Assembly: GCA_964627115.1 (NCBI GenBank)
Contig: CAZVHY010000015.1
Span: forward strand, 1-36,928
Length of the DNA stretch: 36,928 nt
Source of the DNA: an uncultured Solibacteraceae bacterium
Lineage (GTDB): Bacteria > Acidobacteriota > Vicinamibacteria > Vicinamibacterales > SCN-69-37
Reading direction: 5' to 3'
Made by a program: the position numbers and the translations under genes. This document shows, piece after piece, positions 35,357 through 36,928 of the stretch; the first letter of the stretch is position 1, and every line of letters starts with the position of its first letter. The notes under the pieces are model-generated. The model saw nothing but the letters and a program-made list of their open reading frames with translations, did not search any database and was not told the origin of the DNA.

Positions 35357-35491
35357 CAAGTCAGAAGTTGGAAGCCAGAAGACAGAAGTTCGAAAAAGTT
35401 TGAAGTCAGAAGTTCGAACTTCGAAGTCCGAATTTCCAACTTCGAGGCGAAGCCCGCCACTTTTGGCTTCTGTCGTCTAACTTCCGGCTTG
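35357..35491. repeat. Inverted pair of the 33-nt element flanking a central palindrome (thrS leader / tRNA-Val trailer)
   Basis: 35357-35389 (CAAGTCAGAAGTTGGAAGCCAGAAGACAGAAGT) matches the reverse complement of 35459-35491 at 26/33. The central perfect palindrome GAAGTTCGAACTTC lies at 35409-35422. The region is visibly AT-richer than its surroundings. Confidence 0.7.
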
Positions 35492-35498
35492 CCTGTAT

Positions 35499-35575
35499 TG
35501 GTAGGCACGGGCGGACTCGAACCGCCGACCTCCTGCATGTCAAGCAGGCGCTCTAACCAGCTGAGCTACGCGCCT
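35499..35575 (-). tRNA. tRNA-Val (anticodon GAC), CCA encoded
   Basis: The minus strand folds as a cloverleaf: AGGCGCG-UA-GCUC-AGCUGGUUA-GAGC-G-CCUGC-UUGACAU-GCAGG-AGGUC-GGCGG-UUCGAGU-CCGCC-CGUGCCU-A-CCA. The acceptor stem is 7 bp with one G-U. Confidence 0.95.
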
Positions 35576-35645
35576 ATATCGCGTTCGTTCGTCTTCTGTC
35601 GTCCCTTTCGGGGGCCAGAGAACGGTCAAGTATAGCAGAACTTCT

Positions 35646-36815
35646 TCAACGCGGAAGGGCCTTGAGGACGTCGATGGCCCGGTCGAGCGTGAGGTCTCCG
35701 GTCGGCGGGGTCTCGTCGAAGGCCACGACGGGGACCTCGACCAGGGTCTCCGGACGCAGGCCGCGACCGTGCAGCGGCGTGCCGTCGCCCCGGACGTGAC
35801 GCGCGGTCGTGAGCATGAGACCGTGTCCCTCGGGCAGGCGCACCAGCGTCTGCACGGCCGCCAGCCCGGCGGTGGGCAGGCCGACGAGCGAGGCACGGTC
35901 GTTGTCGGCGAGCGCCGCAGCAAACACTTCGGCCGCCTGCGCCGTTCCGCCCGACACGAGCAGCACCACGGGCATCGTCAACGCGCCGTCGCCGGCCGCA
36001 GCCTCGTTCTTGACCGGCGCGCTGTTGCGCCCCGCGAGTGTCGTCAGCGTGCCCTTGGCGACGAACAGACGCGCCGCCTCGACACCCGTCTCGGGCGTGC
36101 CATCGCCGACGTCTCGCAGATCGATGAGGAGACCGGCGTTGGCCGCGGTGCCGAGTGACGAGATGGCCGACTTGATCTGATCGGTCGCGCCTGGCCCGAA
36201 GCTCGCGACGCGGAGGTACGCCTCGCCGCCCGGCAACCGGCGCGCGGTCGCTCTGGCCGTCGCCGGCACCTCGCGCGTGACCGTCATCGGGTGCGGCTCG
36301 GCCATGTTCATCCGGATGACCAGCAGGTCGAGCGTGGAGCCGGGCTGACCGGCGAGCATGCGCGTGGCCGCGTGCACGGACATGTCGCGCGTCGGCACGC
36401 CATCGATTTCGCGAAGGAAGTCGCCGCTCCGGAGCCCGGCACGCGCGGCCGGTGATCCGTCGCGCAGTCCGATGACGCGGATGTAGAACTGCTTGCTGAC
36501 CGTGATGCCAGCGTCGGCAGCCGGCAGCGCCGTGCCCGCTTCCACCGCGCGCACGGCGTCGGGCGGCAGATACGACGACAGCGGGTCGAGGTTGTCGGTC
36601 AACCCACGCATGGCGCCGTCCATGACCTTTTCGACGTCCGGCGTCTCGACGTACGCCCCGAGCGTCAGCCGGACGACGTCCCAGAAGACGGGCAGGTGAT
36701 CGAATCCCTGCTGGCCCGTCGCTGGACGCGCGGCGCCGAGCATGCCGCCCACCAGGACGAGAATGACGAGCGGCGTCGACGTGAAGACGGCCAGCAGGCG
36801 CGTGCGACGGGACAT
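35646..36815 (-). CDS. S41-family (C-terminal processing peptidase) homologue with PDZ domain; catalytic Ser and Lys both substituted
   Basis: 389 aa from ATG 36815; an alternative TTG lies at 36845. N-terminal TM/signal sequence, PDZ domain (GSPAARAGLRSGDFLREIDG), S41 core (LIDLRDVGDGT; VVLLVSGGTAQAAEVFAAALADNDRASLVGLPTAGLAAVQ). Confidence 0.8.
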   Translation of the reverse strand: MSRRTRLLAVFTSTPLVILVLVGGMLGAARPATGQQGFDHLPVFWDVVRLTLGAYVETPDVEKVMDGAMRGLTDNLDPLSSYLPPDAVRAVEAGTALPAADAGITVSKQFYIRVIGLRDGSPAARAGLRSGDFLREIDGVPTRDMSVHAATRMLAGQPGSTLDLLVIRMNMAEPHPMTVTREVPATARATARRLPGGEAYLRVASFGPGATDQIKSAISSLGTAANAGLLIDLRDVGDGTPETGVEAARLFVAKGTLTTLAGRNSAPVKNEAAAGDGALTMPVVLLVSGGTAQAAEVFAAALADNDRASLVGLPTAGLAAVQTLVRLPEGHGLMLTTARHVRGDGTPLHGRGLRPETLVEVPVVAFDETPPTGDLTLDRAIDVLKALPR

Positions 36816-36837
36816 AGGAGCATTATGGGATAAGCGG

Positions 36838-36920
36838 GGCGACAAGGCTACAAGGCTAGGGGGAAGGCGGGGCGGCGGCAGGCGCCCCGTAGCCTTGCAG
36901 CCTCGTAGTCTTGTAGCCTT
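36838..36920. repeat. Inverted arrays of 8-mers (GGCGACAA GGCTACAA GGCTAGGG ... GTAGCCTT GCAGCCTC GTAGTCTT GTAGCCTT)
   Basis: GGCTACAAGGCTAGGGGG (36846-36863) matches the reverse complement of CCCCGTAGCCTTGCAGCC (36885-36902) at 16/18. It belongs to the same 8-mer family as 5121-5150. Confidence 0.6.
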
Positions 36921-36928
36921 CCTTCCAT

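Noticed and set aside
32493-35498. Possible CRISPR array suggested by recurring short repeats of about 33 nt
   Set aside because: The copies are degenerate, in mixed orientation and separated by whole genes rather than by uniform 25-40 nt spacers. No cas genes are present.
35355-35498. T-box riboswitch or E. coli-type tRNA-mimic operator in the thrS leader
   Set aside because: I found no T-box consensus (AAUUAGGGUGGUACCGCG-like), no specifier-loop architecture and no anticodon-arm mimic. The region is explained by inverted repeat copies instead.
35188-35538. 116-aa minus-strand ORF and the 35170..35403 / 35274..35480 plus-strand ORFs
   Set aside because: They run through the tRNA-Val gene, the repeat-built thrS leader and the 5' end of thrS. 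Their peptide sequences simply translate the CAGAAG repeats.
35499-35645. tRNA-Val as an integration site for a genomic island
   Set aside because: There is no integrase, no direct repeat of the tRNA 3' end and no compositional break. The flanking genes are core housekeeping genes.

Overview
This is a very GC-rich bacterial chromosomal segment. Third codon positions are almost always G/C, so both strands carry long spurious antisense ORFs. The gene content loosely suggests an Acidobacteriota-like soil bacterium: a CarboxypepD_reg-type TonB-dependent receptor, a DUF1080 protein and characteristic intergenic repeat families. That taxonomic call is low-confidence inference. The window looks like core genome, not an accessory island. 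It holds purL, a secreted DUF1080 protein, an MDR dehydrogenase, an FKBP lipoprotein, a 1-Cys peroxiredoxin, and a LacI-regulated sugar cluster (Gfo/Idh/MocA oxidoreductase, long xylose-isomerase-like TIM-barrel protein, xylB, xylA). It also holds a GAF-like orphan, Slt, an aminotransferase, a TonB-dependent receptor, a small OM beta-barrel, a heterodimeric ABC exporter, a 3D-domain protein and thiL. The minus strand then carries zapB-zapA, the classical thrS-infC-rpmI-rplT-pheS-pheT block, tRNA-Val(GAC) and an S41 peptidase homologue. I found no CRISPR array, mobile element, defence genes or obvious novel multi-gene system. The observations most worth a second look are listed here.
- An unannotated 6S RNA (ssrS) lies between zapA and thiL.
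- The S41 homologue has both catalytic-dyad residues substituted.
- xylB and infC appear to start at ATT and ATC respectively.
- Two genes have leaderless-type promoters.
- A 33-nt repeat occurs in the non-coding parts of the translation operon.
- The xylose cluster may encode an oxidation/elimination route for glycoside cleavage.
- Several dispersed hairpin and 8-mer repeat families occupy intergenic regions.
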